DNA of 64,000 nucleotides from Oculina patagonica (Eukaryota), in assembly GCF_052425735.1 (NCBI RefSeq), contig NC_135764.1:18414001-18478000 (forward strand), in the 5' to 3' direction. Positions within the stretch are counted from its first letter, which is position 1. Each line of letters opens with the position of its first letter. This document shows positions 49,108 to 62,010 of the stretch, one piece after another. A program made the translations under genes and the position numbers. The notes under the pieces are model-generated. The model saw only the letters and a program-made list of their open reading frames with translations, ran no database searches and was not told the origin of the DNA.

Positions 49108-49297
49108 ATGAAGAGAACTGAAGATCTTCGCAGTTGTGAACACAACTTAAGCAGTTGCGAAAAGAAAGCCCGAAAAAGTCAGGCTTGCTGGGCTTTCTTT
49201 TCGCAACTGCTTAATCTGTGTTCATAACTGCGAAGATCTTCTCTTCATTTATTCTTCATCCGCAGTTCGAATATATGATTTCATATATTCAGAATTT
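49108..49297. mobile_element. Short insertion with an internal 52-bp inverted repeat and a 13-bp TSD
   Basis: cagaatttaatac at 49095-49107 and 49298-49310; stem 49120-49171 pairs with 49190-49241. Confidence 0.75.
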
Positions 49298-49734
49298 CAG
49301 AATTTAATACGTTCATTACTATAAAGTGCCGTTGAGTAGAAGTTACTCGGCTTAGAAATGATCTCGGTGAGTTTCACATTTCTTGTACGAACTACTTAGT
49401 CAGTCATTATCGTTCGATAAGTAATTATAATCGAGTACTTGTATTTGGCTATTTATTCTTAAAGTTTCCAAATGTCGACTACTCAATCTATCTAAAGTAT
49501 GCATTTGTTTTTATCAACAAACGGTGTTGCGGAGTATCCTTGCCTTTGAAAGCTTTAAGAAATGTCCCCACTTCGCTTGTTTTAACTTTAAAATTAGCTT
49601 TCTCGCCCTTTACTTGTTACAAGCTACATGAATACTACATTCAAAGTTAAGCAGGTTATCAGAACAGAAACAAGACATATTTGCAGACCACAATGTGCTG
49701 CCGGATTTCGCACAGGACTAATATTTCTTACGCA

Positions 49735-50473
49735 AGCCTTGTCTCGATTTTATGACGAAAGATCCCTTCTGTTTTGTATATCTTTCTTCCACTTAAAGTT
49801 TGTTCGTCGAGTTTAAAGCAAGGTTTTTACATGCAATTCTGTCAGATTCAGGTCTGAAGCAAGCTCAGCTTGTCTGCGTTCTGTGACAAATCGACATTTT
49901 GTAAACACCGCATTGCTCCGGTCTGATAAGTTGAAAACAAGGGACGCAGTTTTTTTCTCTCAATGATCACCAGCGTTTTGCTAGAGAATATTCATACCTA
50001 AAAGTAAAAAAGGCAGTTCTTACGCAACGTAGATTGGTTAAATGTAGTTGATAAAACTATATATTTTAAGAGCTCCATACGAATAAAAAGAGCTCCTTAC
50101 ATCTGACTATAAACAAGGAAATAATATTTTCTCTTCAGCCAAAGAAGGTTTGTCTTGCTTCATCCCGGTAAACAGTTGATTATTCGCCGACAACAAGACA
50201 CCTCAACCTTACCGCTAATACTTGCTTTATTTCCGCATTTCTCGGCGACCGCAGTAGTTTTGTATTACTGCACTACTAAAGTTTCAAACTTAAATTAGGC
50301 AAAGAACAAAACTACGGCACTGCACGAAGAGCAACAAGCAATGATGGCGCGTCAATTGAGTCACCTTTGGAAATCCGTCTCTGCTTCTCCACTGTTTCAT
50401 CCGATCGATTTAAAATATTTTTGATAGTAAAAGAATTTCCAGAAGGTGAAATGAGTGGATAGGGAAGGTGCAT
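49735..50473 (-). pseudogene. Decayed tandem duplicate of the neighbouring NKL homeobox gene
   Basis: Exon 1 from ATG 50473: ..SPSGNSFTIKNILNRSDETVEKQRRISK..APSLLVALRAVP* (premature stop). Exon 2 from 49997: GMNIL*..KKLRPLFSTYQ/frameshift/FTKCRFVTERRQAELASDLNLTELHVKTLL*TRRT..KWKK, i.e. WFQ has become LL*. Confidence 0.88.
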
Positions 50474-50695
50474 TGCTTCTTTTCGCCTTAATGATTCTTG
50501 TTCAGAGATACGTACTTGTTCACATGGGTGTGTTCAAAGACTGGCTCCGGAATTTATATTGCTTTAATGCATTTTGGGGAAAGAGCGACGTAAATAACGG
50601 GTTGTAATGTTTAAAATCGGTTGTATCAAGAGCAATGAAGTATAGATAAGACAGTTTTTCAGGGTAAATTTGGCAACAATTTAAGGAATTAGGAG

Positions 50696-50777
50696 TTCCG
50701 CTTCCTGAGACGGTATCAAGATAAGCATTTCAAACAAACGGGACTCTGTTAATTGCGGTTAGCACCGACAGCAGTCA
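50696..50777 (-). promoter_or_regulatory. Conserved upstream element of the homeobox pseudogene (tandem GGAA ETS-like cores)
   Basis: Gapless 82-bp alignment with 55618-55699, 54/82 identical by hand count, with identity concentrated in blocks. Confidence 0.6.
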
Positions 50778-52437
50778 AAGTGTTTTGTTTACTTTGAATG
50801 GACATTTCATTCCAAAGGAGCTGATTATGAAAGCGCCGTTTATAATCGGAGCCGGGGGGGGGGGGGGGGAATCGGAGAGCACTGTTTAACGATGAATGTA
50901 AAGGATCTGATTCATTTCTTTTCTCATTATGAAGACGAACAGTGGACCGATGTCTGCGTACACGAGATTAATCACAGGAAATACATTTCCTGCCTTCTAA
51001 CAAGTACGACTGTCAGTTCAGGGAGAATTGTGGCCCACTCTCTGATCTTTACAACTCCTCAGTTGTAAACATTTTTAAGAAAGATGAAGTTTCTTGATTT
51101 TTCAATAATTGTTGCGTTTTCTTCCTGCAGTGACCGACAGTGTCTGCATGAGCAGCTTCTTCCCCAGTCCCTGGAATTTTGTCTCCCAGCAATTCTCAAA
51201 TTTATATTTTTTTTTCCAGATAAAGAAGAAAGAAAGACACCGGCCAGGTTGGATCCAGGCTCCAACACGTTAACAACTAGGCAACCACGCCTCACTAATG
51301 TACACATCGAACATTCTGGCAATCTCCCCATGACATTTGTGTTTTGATGCCCTGACCGCATACTTCAGTACGGAAATAAATCTGCTTAACAGAAAACGAG
51401 CTGATAATGTGATAAAAGTCCCTGTGTCTATCACCTCATTTAATGTCCCAAGGAATCAGTCTTTCATTTCTGAGAACACCAATTCATTTTCAAAGCCTGC
51501 TGCCAAGGACATTGATCCTTAGTTTTGAACAGCTTATCAATAGTCTCGAAACACAACTTGATTTTTTTACATTTGAACAAATCAGAACATTTATTCCCGT
51601 TTCAAAAGAGGCTGGCAAAAAATAGCAGGAATATTGGCTTATATATTTCCATTCGTTTCTCTAATGGTTTTGTTTACAGGAATTTTTTCGATTTACTTTG
51701 GAGAGTTTGCACATTACAACAACTGAACAACAACAAGCTTTATTTGCATGACTACATAAGAATACAGTTGTATTGCAAAAGCTGCATATTTTAAACGTGT
51801 GTTTAGAAACTGTCATTTCACTTTAAAGCACTAGGTAATGTATTTCATGTAAGACCGTCTAAAATCGATTAAAACTGAAATAATAAAATCGGTTAAAAAC
51901 AGCGCTTATCGAGTGATGATCACAACATTGAACCAACTTGAGATCTGTCGGGCCGACAGAAATTACAGTTTCATCTGGATAGAGGACTCACATCAAAACT
52001 AAATGCAGCTGACGTGGCCTTTCTTACCGAATGTTTAAGTAAAATTGTTTGTATCATTTGTATTAGCTGCACGTTGTTTAAAGCGCTGCAAAATGCTGCT
52101 GTGATTTTATCATTGAAAGCTTTTAATTAAAGATAAAAATTTAAATAATCAGTAAATGAGGTGACCTAAACCTTCTTTTTTAAGATGGGTTCGTTGTTGC
52201 TTTTTAACTTGAAATTGATAAAAATAACAAGACACTAGTTCCAACCAAATATTGAAAAGGTTTTCTACGAAGGCTAAAAAGCGAACAACATTCACAATCA
52301 TACTATATTTTTAAACTTGCACAAACAATCAACTTAAAAACTCGCTTCAAAGTCAAACAACAACCATGCCTTTATTATTTCATATATATACATGTATGGT
52401 AGCTAGACATTCAAGATTAATTTGCTGCATTACATGT

Positions 52438-52638
52438 CTACTACTACTACTACTACTACCACTACCACTACCACTACCACTACCACTACCACTACCACTA
52501 CCACTACCACTACCACTACCACTACCACTACCACTACCACTACCACTACCACTACCACTACCACTACCACTACCACTACCACTACCACTACCACTACCAC
52601 TACCACTACCACTACCACTACCACTACCACTACCACTA
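52438..52638. repeat. (CTA)n grading into an (ACCACT)n microsatellite that runs into an assembly gap
   Basis: Directly visible tandem array. Confidence 0.97.
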
Positions 52639-52783
52639 NNNNNNNNNNNNNNNNNNNNNNNNNNNNNNNNNNNNNNNNNNNNNNNNNNNNNNNNNNNNNN
52701 NNNNNNNNNNNNNNNNNNNNNNNNNNNNNNNNNNNNNNNNNNNNNNNNNNNNNNNNNNNNNNNNNNNNNNNNNNNNNNNNNNN
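52639..52783. other. Assembly gap (N run)
   Basis: Run of n characters. Confidence 1.
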
Positions 52784-53358
52784 GTTGATTGTGAACGACC
52801 ACAATGAACTGATTGTTAAATATGCTATTTTAGATAACACACTATATAAAATTAACAAGCCGGCATGCACATAACCAAGTTCTCTTACGCTTAATTCACT
52901 GTTTCAGACTATGTAGCGTGATTGCAAGGACGAATAAACAAAATCCCTTTTTTGATGTATATGGATTTCGGGATTAAAAAATTAAATGTTTACACGGTAT
53001 GTTTAAACACAAAGACTCTACCAAAAGCATTCTATAGTTACAGGAAGATGCACTTCTTCGTTTATATCACTATTATTTTGATCGGCGGGCCTCACGGTAG
53101 AAATAAGGTCATGCATTATACTCTAAATATCAGGAAAACTTACTTTAAATGACTACATAGAGAAGACTTCGAATATATTAACAAAGAAGAAGCCTATATA
53201 GGTTTTGCAGTTTGTGTTTTCGAAAGCTGTGCTTCTTGGGTAAATTTAAATGACTTTCAGTTGTCGCAAGATACTTTCTATTCCATCAAGTGTGTAGGAA
53301 AATATCTCATTACGAACTGTACTGAAAATATAGTACTTTTTACGAACCTTGCTGATGT

Positions 53359-55296
53359 TCAAAAAAAGGCAAAGCTTTTGACACACTCTGCATTGTAAAA
53401 TCTCATTGTATTTGTCCCAAGGAAGCCTTGCTTGTGGGTTCCTCCGCAAAAGAGTTGCATCTCCGATGATTGAGCTTCTCCTTGGTCTTGTGTTTCTTTC
53501 TTCCACTTTGTTCTTCGATTTTGAAACCAGGTTTTTACTTGCATTTCCGTTAGATTCAGGTCTGAAGCAAGCTCAGCTCGTCTACTTTCTGTGACATATC
53601 GACATTTTTCAAACTCCTTCTCCATCGTTTGGATTTGATGAGCTGAAAATAAGGGACGTAATTTCTTTTTCTTCATTGGACGCCTTCGTTTCTTCTGAAG
53701 ATTCACACCTAAAGATTAGAAAAGAAAGCCTTATCAAAGAATATTACTCATGTAAAATTACAAAGGTGAACACTTTACGGACTCCGCAGGAAATTAACTA
53801 AAGAGGTGCCACTTCTGACAAGCCAAGGCAGCTACCCAGGGCACATTATAAAGGCATCGTGCATAAAGCTGCTTGGCTCTTGAAGTTTTACGGAACAAAA
53901 AGTTAACTTCAGAACGATTGCTTTTAAAAAAAAAATGTTTTTGTTAACAGAACTTCTATTTGAAAATGTAATATATTAAACTGAAGCGAAGGAAGGCGGG
54001 GAAGAAGACATGATTATTATAATGAGTTGCTAACAACCTCGAAGCTATCTCGCTTGTTTGAATACAATTAGGTGTTAAGTCCTTTTAAAATGAAGAGAAA
54101 AAGACATTCGATAAAGCAAATTCATTGGACAGGTCTAGGGTACACAATTAACAACGATGATATCACAAATGACGCTCGACTTTGCAGTAAATCAAGGGCA
54201 ATATTTACCATACCTCGCCCACCGAGGCTCGGACCAAAAAAATATTTTTGTTCTGTTAAGTCCAGTAATGTTCGTTCACAACGCTTTCTAATTAAGTAAG
54301 GGTAAAGAAATCAACATTAAAATAACCTGAGTTTGTAAGTTTTCGGAATCAGCTTTGATAAACACATAGACATGCTGCCTCAGTCCGCGTCCAAGCTAAA
54401 AATGTAAACATCTCACGCAATTTTGCCATGAAACAAATTACATTAAGACTAAAACAAAATAACAGTATTTTTGTAGCACGGTTTAAACTAGCAGCCGGGA
54501 AGCGTTTTGGTGAAATCATGTCAAAAAGATCTTGTACTTGCAACTTTCAGTGAACATATTTTATTGTACTCTATTCTAGGAAAATGATACGCACGCTTTC
54601 TTGTTAAAAATATTGCAAGGCTTTTATTCCCTACATAACTGAAATAATCATCGACAAATTCATGTGATTCTAAGAAGAGGTACCTTTACTTTTAAACGAT
54701 ACCTGTTTGTCCAAAATAAAACTAAAAGCAAAAAACTAAAACAAAGAAGCCGTTTTAAGAGTAAAACTTTGTTTATCGTTCTTCGACATCTCCTGAGCCT
54801 GATCAGAAAGAACTGGTTTTAAAGCTTCCTCAACTGCATTGATGATACAGAGGATTCTATATGAACGCGATTTTCATTGAATAGACAACGTTATTTTAAA
54901 CAACGAGTTATGCAGAAAGAAAAACTCTGCAGTTACTGTTAACATGCCCGCTCCTTTTGTTAACTTACCAAAGGAACCTACGTGGTTCGAGAAAGTAAAT
55001 GGAGTCATCTGAGCAACTGGCTGGGGAGATGGAGATGAACAGAATCCAGGCAAACAAGATGACAAATGTGGACGGTGATACCCTGGAGGAAACACTGCAC
55101 GAGGAGCAACAAGAAATGATGGCGCTGGGCATGGCGCATCAAGTGCGTCGATCGATGTGGCATCTTCAGAAATCCATTTCTGCCTTTCCACTGTTTCATC
55201 CGATAGATTTAAAATGTTTTTGATGGAAAACGAATTTCTACTTGGTGAAAATGACGAGATGCTGGGTGGGGAAGATGCAATACCTCTTGTCGCCAT
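53359..55296 (-). CDS. ANTP-class, NKL-subclass homeobox transcription factor with an EH1 repressor motif, 225 aa, two exons
   Basis: Exon 55296-54969 (EH1-like SFSIKNIL; donor G|gtaagt) joins exon 53708-53359 in phase 1. Homeodomain KKKLRPLFSAHQIQTMEKEFEKCRYVTESRRAELASDLNLTEMQVKTWFQNRRTKWKKE. Confidence 0.92.
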
Positions 55297-55617
55297 ATTG
55301 GTCCTTGATCAGGGACATGTGTTACCCTTCTGGGCGTGTAACATGGCGGCTTTTTGAAGAAAGGCTTTGGAATTTACGATAATTAATCCTGTCAGTCATT
55401 GGCAGACAGGATGTCGTCGACGTCGTCGAAAGAACGTTATCAATAACACTATCAACTACACAATGTTAAAGGGTTTACAGTATGCTTTTACAAAAAGAAT
55501 ACGCATGTAGTTTAGTGCAGTGGCGTGAGATCTGGGCTAGCACGATATTTGGGAAAGGTTTATGACCTATGATTTTTTTCAACGTAATATCTTAATTTTA
55601 TGACGATTGGATTAAAT

Positions 55618-55699
55618 TTCCGCTTCCTGTTGCGGTTGAAAAACTTGAAGTGGCAGTAAACGGAACTTTGCCAATTGCACTTGCCACTGAGAGCTGTCA
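55618..55699 (-). promoter_or_regulatory. Candidate proximal cis-regulatory element of the homeobox gene
   Basis: About 320 bp upstream of the ATG; shared with the pseudogene copy; minus strand reads caggaagcggaa. Confidence 0.6.
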
Positions 55700-58600
55700 T
55701 TTGACACATTTTATAGATATTTCATAAAAAAAACAAACTTTGTGAAAGTGGTACAATAAAATCGATTACTTGTTTTAAAACAATTTTTAATTTAACTGAG
55801 TTGTATGGCAAGAAAAAAGAAGCAATGCGAGTGGCCCTTAAATATTGGTCGAAAAGACTGCCGAATTGGATTGTGAGTTTCCTTAAATGAACTCTACAAT
55901 AAACTAAAATGTGTTCAGGCTATGCAGATAAACTTTAATTTAAAAAGCCAAATCAGAAGGCTTCTTCATAAATATTTAAGAGCAAATCCCACAGAAACAG
56001 GAGGATCGTAGTGTACTGTGTTCTGTATCAATAACTTTTACCGGTTACTAAAATGTAATATTCTAGTGTATAGCGTAAATTTGTTTTTAAAAGAAAATAT
56101 CTTTCTTTTTTGTACTGAATACCCACAATAGTAGCTGTAAGGACCAAAAGTTACGGAATCACTCGCTATCGCTGGGCATTCCTCGGTCTCACTTTACCAT
56201 ATTGTCAAATGATAATAAGAGGTGAACTAAGCACACAGTTTAAAGAATGAATGCAAAATTTCCCCTTTGTTCTTTCGCCGAAGTATGGTCACGTGATCTA
56301 TCACTGCCATATAAAGAGGACAATTATTTGGTGTCAATTAGCACCACTCAATGTTACGAACCACTGTTTAAAAGTGCTGTCTGAACACTTAGATCAGCAT
56401 GAAATATAATCTTGCTCTTGGTTATGTTAGACACAAAGCTTTACAGTCAGTGGAAGACCAAACGCTTTAGAGTAAATACCCCAGTGTTTCTCCCTCAATC
56501 ATCCTAAGGAATTATGAACTTTAAGATGAAAAAAATTGTAATAAAAGAGAACATTGGAAAGCTTTCTACTTTCAGGGTGCACTTCTATATTCTACAATCC
56601 TATTTGTTTTGAAACGTTTCACAGAAACTCCCTTTAAACGTTGACCAAAGTTATTTCCGTTCTCACATGTTCAGTGCTGTTTCAAAGTGCTTCCAAAGCA
56701 TCCGGTGAACTACATCATTAATAACGGGAGGGGTTGAAAAGATTGGCTGCAAGCATCTTCAATGCTCACTGATGTCACTCAGAATGAAGCTAGAAATAAG
56801 TAAACACTTTCAACTTTAGTTAAATAAAAGGAAGCGCGTTTTATTTGACAATGAAAGGAGCTATGTCACGGATAGTGCTTCTTAAAAACGTTCAAGCTCG
56901 TGTCGACCTCACCTAATATTAACCTTTTTGCTTCTTGGTTTATTATTTAACCTTTGCTTTTTTCTACCTTAGTAAATCATTATTTTGAGGCTTCTTTGGA
57001 ACTGAAATATATCGTGACATATCTCATCTTAGCTAAAATTTCATACTATCATTCTCTTTATATTTGCACTCCAATAAAATCGTTTTATAAAGATAACTGA
57101 ACGTTATTCTGTGTATTACTCACACCAGTACGCCGATATATGCGCTGATAAAATATGTCAAGTCAAGCTTATTACGAGATTAAATTGTTTATATTTTAAA
57201 ATCAAGCTGTGTACACGGGATCATGACGAAGGTCGATAAAGATCATTCACTTATTATTGACAGCGGTATAACTAATTATCACTCTATTGCGGAGTAAACT
57301 TTACCGAAACATTTGATTATAACCTGACAAAGTTGGGAATCATAATGAGAACACAATTATCAGTTTGTTTTCTCCTTCTTACATTGATGTAACCTGAAAG
57401 GCAACTGAGCAGTCATCTACCTTGTTTTAGCTCGCTCACTAACACTACTTATATTTCTAATTATTACTTCTTTTATTTCCAATGAAAGAACATCCATAGA
57501 GAACATAAATATAAAGAAACTTTCTAATGTTCCAGCTGACTAATTTAACACCGTGCATTTTTATTGGAGAGGAGAATATCAAGCAAAATATATTCTCACA
57601 AATAGAGTCGTAACCTACAGAGTTAAATAATATATTTGTAATCTTTCTTTTAACTTTCTATTTATTGCACGTAACCAGACCCCTTTCTTTATCTTTATGT
57701 ATTAGACTAACTACTGATTTTGTATTTGGTAATATATCTGTAAAACTAAAGGGAAAAAAGTTTGTTGTTGTAGAAACTGCAAATATTGCTCATCTTAAAA
57801 GGCAATAAGAAAAAATTCATTCACTACAACGTTAACGGGACGGCGATAAGCTAATGAAACTAGTGGAATGTGAATGGAATTGATGTAAGTTGGCAATGCA
57901 CCGCCATGATGTCTGCAACATTATTTCACCTCGCGGCCTTTTCAGCCGGTCTATATTTTTAGATGTGTCGAAAAAAAACTCGCGAACTCGTCTAACCGAA
58001 GATGCGAATTTCTGTAGATATTGATAGGGGAAACCGTACCAAATTATTTTGGTGTGAGCCAGCTACTCTACTATGTTGCGTAAAGCAAATAAGGTTAGTT
58101 TATTACAAAAGGTTCATTGGAATAAAAGTATAGCTTTGTCAGTTGAAACCATACGAAGTTAATGTCGCCGTTTTCAAATTGTTTTAAGATGTAGTGGTAC
58201 ACTATATGGTCTATTGATGTGAATGTTTGCCTGAATTTAAACTGCTTTACAAAAACGTCTGGTAAAATACACGCTCAAGGTTCTTTCTCGTATTACATTG
58301 CCAAAGCTATAAATTATTTGAAGGTTACAAACCCCAAATACTGCACAAACGATACTTTCCAGGTACCTTAGAGCTTTTCATTAGGATTTAAGTATTGTCT
58401 TGGCATTGTATTTACTGAAACTCTAAGCTAATAAAAGGTAACGTAGGTAAACGTTATAACTCAAATGTAATTATTCGACAATACAAACCTTGATTTTTTG
58501 TTATATCTTTCTTTGATCTTTGTTGATGATGCTTTAGTGTCTTGCGCCATATCAAAAGGTCGATTCAATAAATCCCACCCGTCTTCATTGTAATTCGTGC

Positions 58601-59659
58601 CTGTTTTTCACTGGTTTGTTTCACTGGTTGGTCAAAAATTAGCCTCCCTCTTATTTCATTTTACGGAAAAGCTAGTAGTAATGTTTGTTTCTCTTAAACT
58701 TGTTTTCGCCGTCGAATTATCTAGATGACTTGATTGTTTGGCGTGGTAAGAGCCATAATTATGTGCCCTTGTAAGGTACAAAGTGGCCTTTGGGCCATTT
58801 TAGAGACACTGAAAGTCGATTAGGTTAACAGATATAAACTGTATAAATGGTGATGACAGTAATATAGCAAGTTATCGCATTAAGGGGAGACTGGCCTTCA
58901 TGCGATCTGTTACCATTTGTGACCCGATTTTCCACCCGAGACTCAATATCACGTTATTTACTAACAGAAGATTCTCACGACATAACTTTCAATGTTTTTC
59001 CTTTTTGTATTCTATCACTGCAATCGTAACTGAAGATATGATGAGCGTAAAAAAATATTTCTTTTAGATTCGGATTGAATATTTGTTTCATTTTAAAATT
59101 TGCCAAAGCTGAATTCCAGACAATTATATTACTATTAATAATATGTGACTCGATTCAGTGAAATAAAAGTTACACTTGCCAAAGGAAATACGTACAAAGG
59201 GCAAAAATCACTTTTTTTTTTTAGAACGTACAAGAACCACAAAAGTCTCTAAAATTGAAACTTAGGGAATAACGACAGACTTGAAATGGTCTACCTAATA
59301 TCAAACTGTTACTTATTAAATATCCCACATGAAGTAAAGGACAATTGAATTGATTTTCAGTGGCTTTGTCAGCTCTGCCGATATAAATTAATATATTGAA
59401 ATCAATTAACGTTTATCGTAGTAGCAGTTGAGAAATTCCCATTTTAAGGCCGGAAGCCTGCACAACAAAAGGTAATGTGTTTTTGCACGTTCGCCCTTGA
59501 GAAGATCAAGAATGATTTCCAGTGAATAAGGTGTCACCATGCGTTAGTCAATACCTTTTTGTTTGTCGTAGATTTGATGTTTTATGCTCAGAACGATTTT
59601 CGTTTGAGTGTCGTTAAACCAAAACCAAAGTAATCATTTTGGCAAACAAGTGGTCATTT

Positions 59660-59998
59660 TTATTACGTCACTGGTAACCATAGCAACTGTAGAATATGCT
59701 AAAAACACCCTTAATTTCGTTTTAAGTGCTTATAACTCAAAAACGAGCTCGTTGACCCATTAATTTTATGGCAAAGTTTTAAAAAAGTCTGTTTGTGGGT
59801 TCAGAGCCACTTCAAATTTTCGAAAATTTAAGGTGGCTCTGAACCCAAAATGCAGAAGTTTTTTTAAAACTTTGCCAAAAGTTGTATCCTAACATGCTGA
59901 TCATTATTCCATTATGAAAAAGTGGGGGTCGTTTTGACTTATAAACACGAAAATTAAGGGTGTTTTTAACAGGTCGTACCGTCGCTTTGGTAACTTGT
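59660..59998. repeat. Palindromic MITE-like element centred at ~59821
   Basis: gggttcagagccacttcaaattttcgaaaatttaaggtggctctgaaccc; outer pairs aaaaacacccttaatttcgt/acgaaaattaagggtgttttt and ggcaaagttttaaaaaa/ttttttaaaactttgcc. Confidence 0.7.
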
Positions 59999-60282
59999 GG
60001 AGGCAGCGTGGCCGAGCGGTTAGAGCGTTGGACTTGCAATGCGGAGTTCCCGGGTTCAAGTCCCGCCCTACCCGCTAGCTGAATTTGTTCTTGGTAGTCC
60101 CAAGTTCAGATTCTCGACCACGCTTGTAAATAGCCAGCTGGTTTGCCTCCGGCCATCTGGGATTCTTAACGTTGTTATGTTTATTTGATTTATTTGTTTC
60201 TTTCATTTGCTCGGCCCCACTAGCCTTTGTGCTCTAAATACTGCCGAGGGTAAATAAAGGTTATTATTATTTTTATTTTATT
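59999..60282 (+). mobile_element. Full-length tRNA-derived SINE
   Basis: Pol III A box tggccgagcgg and B box ggttcaagtcc, ~200-nt body, aataaa plus (tta)n tail; acttgt duplicated at 59993-59998 and 60283-60288. Confidence 0.88.
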
Positions 60283-61199
60283 ACTTGTAATGTCAAAAAA
60301 AATAATCATAACTTGTTCACCAGTGACTGGACATCTGTTTAATACCAAAACTGTTGCATCAACAGAAAAGGAGTTGTAGTATCGATTCGTCAAAGTTGAG
60401 GTGCTAAAAAAAAAGGAACCGTTCTTCAGCAGATGGTTTAACGATAAAACGAAAACGATACGTAACCAAATACTTCATTTCATAATTCACAGGAGAAAAC
60501 TAAAGATCAATGTGCCGCAGTAAAATAAACCGTGAGAGATGACAGTGGCTTAATATCTTGTTTATGCTATAAATTTAAATGTGGTGTGGATTATGGAACT
60601 TAGGGTAATTATTCATCTTAGCGACTCACGCTGTTATGTTTATTTATTTTACTTATTTTTTTTAGTTATTCTTCATTCTACCACCTTGCTGATAACAAGT
60701 TGGATACATTCCTTCATCAGCAAAAACATTTGCCAAATGTTTTTGCTGGACTGGATTTCAAAACGACACAGTTGAGATTTTTTTTAGCAAACACATAATT
60801 CTAACCGACTATGAGCTAGCTGGAAAAGGCGAATTATATTGCAAAAGAAATTTAAAACGATACAAAAACAAGTCAACAATTCCGTGATGTAAGTCATTCT
60901 AAGAAATGTCAGTAAAATACGTTTCTTAAAATAAGAGATGTCAGTAAAAGACGGCACAGTTTGGAATGGCCTTGGTCAATCATAAATATGATTACAGACA
61001 AAATTGGCCTGGACGACACCAAGTCTTGTCAACAATTCAAACAATATTGATAATAATATTTTATTAGTAGGTACGAAATGAAATTTCAAAACCGGAAATG
61101 ATCAAAGTAATGAGCATTTACAAGCGTTTATAATGATTCGAGTACAAAGGCTTCTAACAATATGGAGGCCGTAAAGAATGAATTTTCCCTAAGTACTAG

Positions 61200-62010
61200 C
61201 AACAACAACAACAACAACAACAACAAAGTTTATTTGAACTGTAAAATTACAAAGAAATGTTTAAACAATAAATAAATTAAAAATACATACAGTTGCTGGT
61301 CACCCAAATAACTAAAAAGCTAAACTAGTTGGGTGACCACCATTTATTAATTTAAAATAAATACAACGTCAGAAAAGAGGCATTTTACATTTTACAATTT
61401 TACACAATTAATTAAGGCGGTAGATTACAGAACAAATAATTCTTAAACACGTATGTACAACAACAACAGCAGCAAAAAGATAATAGTAAAAAGAAAAAGG
61501 AAAAAAAAAATGAAAAATGGCAGAAATACCAAAATAAAATTATTAGTAGAAAAACTTAATAGAAATTAATGAAATGCAATGATAATTCTCTTTTAAATGA
61601 ATAAGGAGATAGAATCTTAAATCTCTCATCAATTTCATTCCATAATATAGGTCCGTTGTATCTTATATTGAATTTGCCATAGTTAGTTCGAATTTTTGGA
61701 ACATAAAAAGTTGACCTAGATGCAAAGCGTGTGTTATGCTTATCAGAAGTTTTAATAAAAAAGTAGTCAAAAACCTTAGGTAATTTGTCATGGAAGAATT
61801 GGTGCATGAAGTAAAGGGTTTGAAGTTTGATATGATCTTGAAGTTTTAGAAGTTTGAGTTGAGAAAACAAAGGACTAGTATGGGCATCAAAATCAGAAAA
61901 GGTAATTAGACGGATTGCTTTCTTTTGCATTCTTTCAAGTGGTGTAATATTATGATCATAGGTGTTACCCCAGACTATACAGCAGTATGAAAAAAAAGGA
62001 AGAATAATGG
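61200..62010 (-). mobile_element. 5'-truncated CR1/L2-like LINE 3' end
   Basis: ILPFFSYCCIVWGNTY..LERMQKKAIRLIT..HTSPLFSQLKLLKL..RTNYGKFNIRYNGPILWN; 3' UTR ends in aataaa plus a (TTG)n tail at ~61200-61235. Confidence 0.88.

Noticed and set aside
52366-52874. ORFs encoding poly-LP, poly-SG, poly-T and poly-V
   Set aside because: Translations of the (ACCACT)n microsatellite and the N gap.
59999-60075. tRNA-Cys-like sequence (gacttgcaat loop, A and B boxes)
   Set aside because: No proper acceptor stem; it continues into a SINE body with a tail and TSD, so it is a SINE head rather than a tRNA gene.
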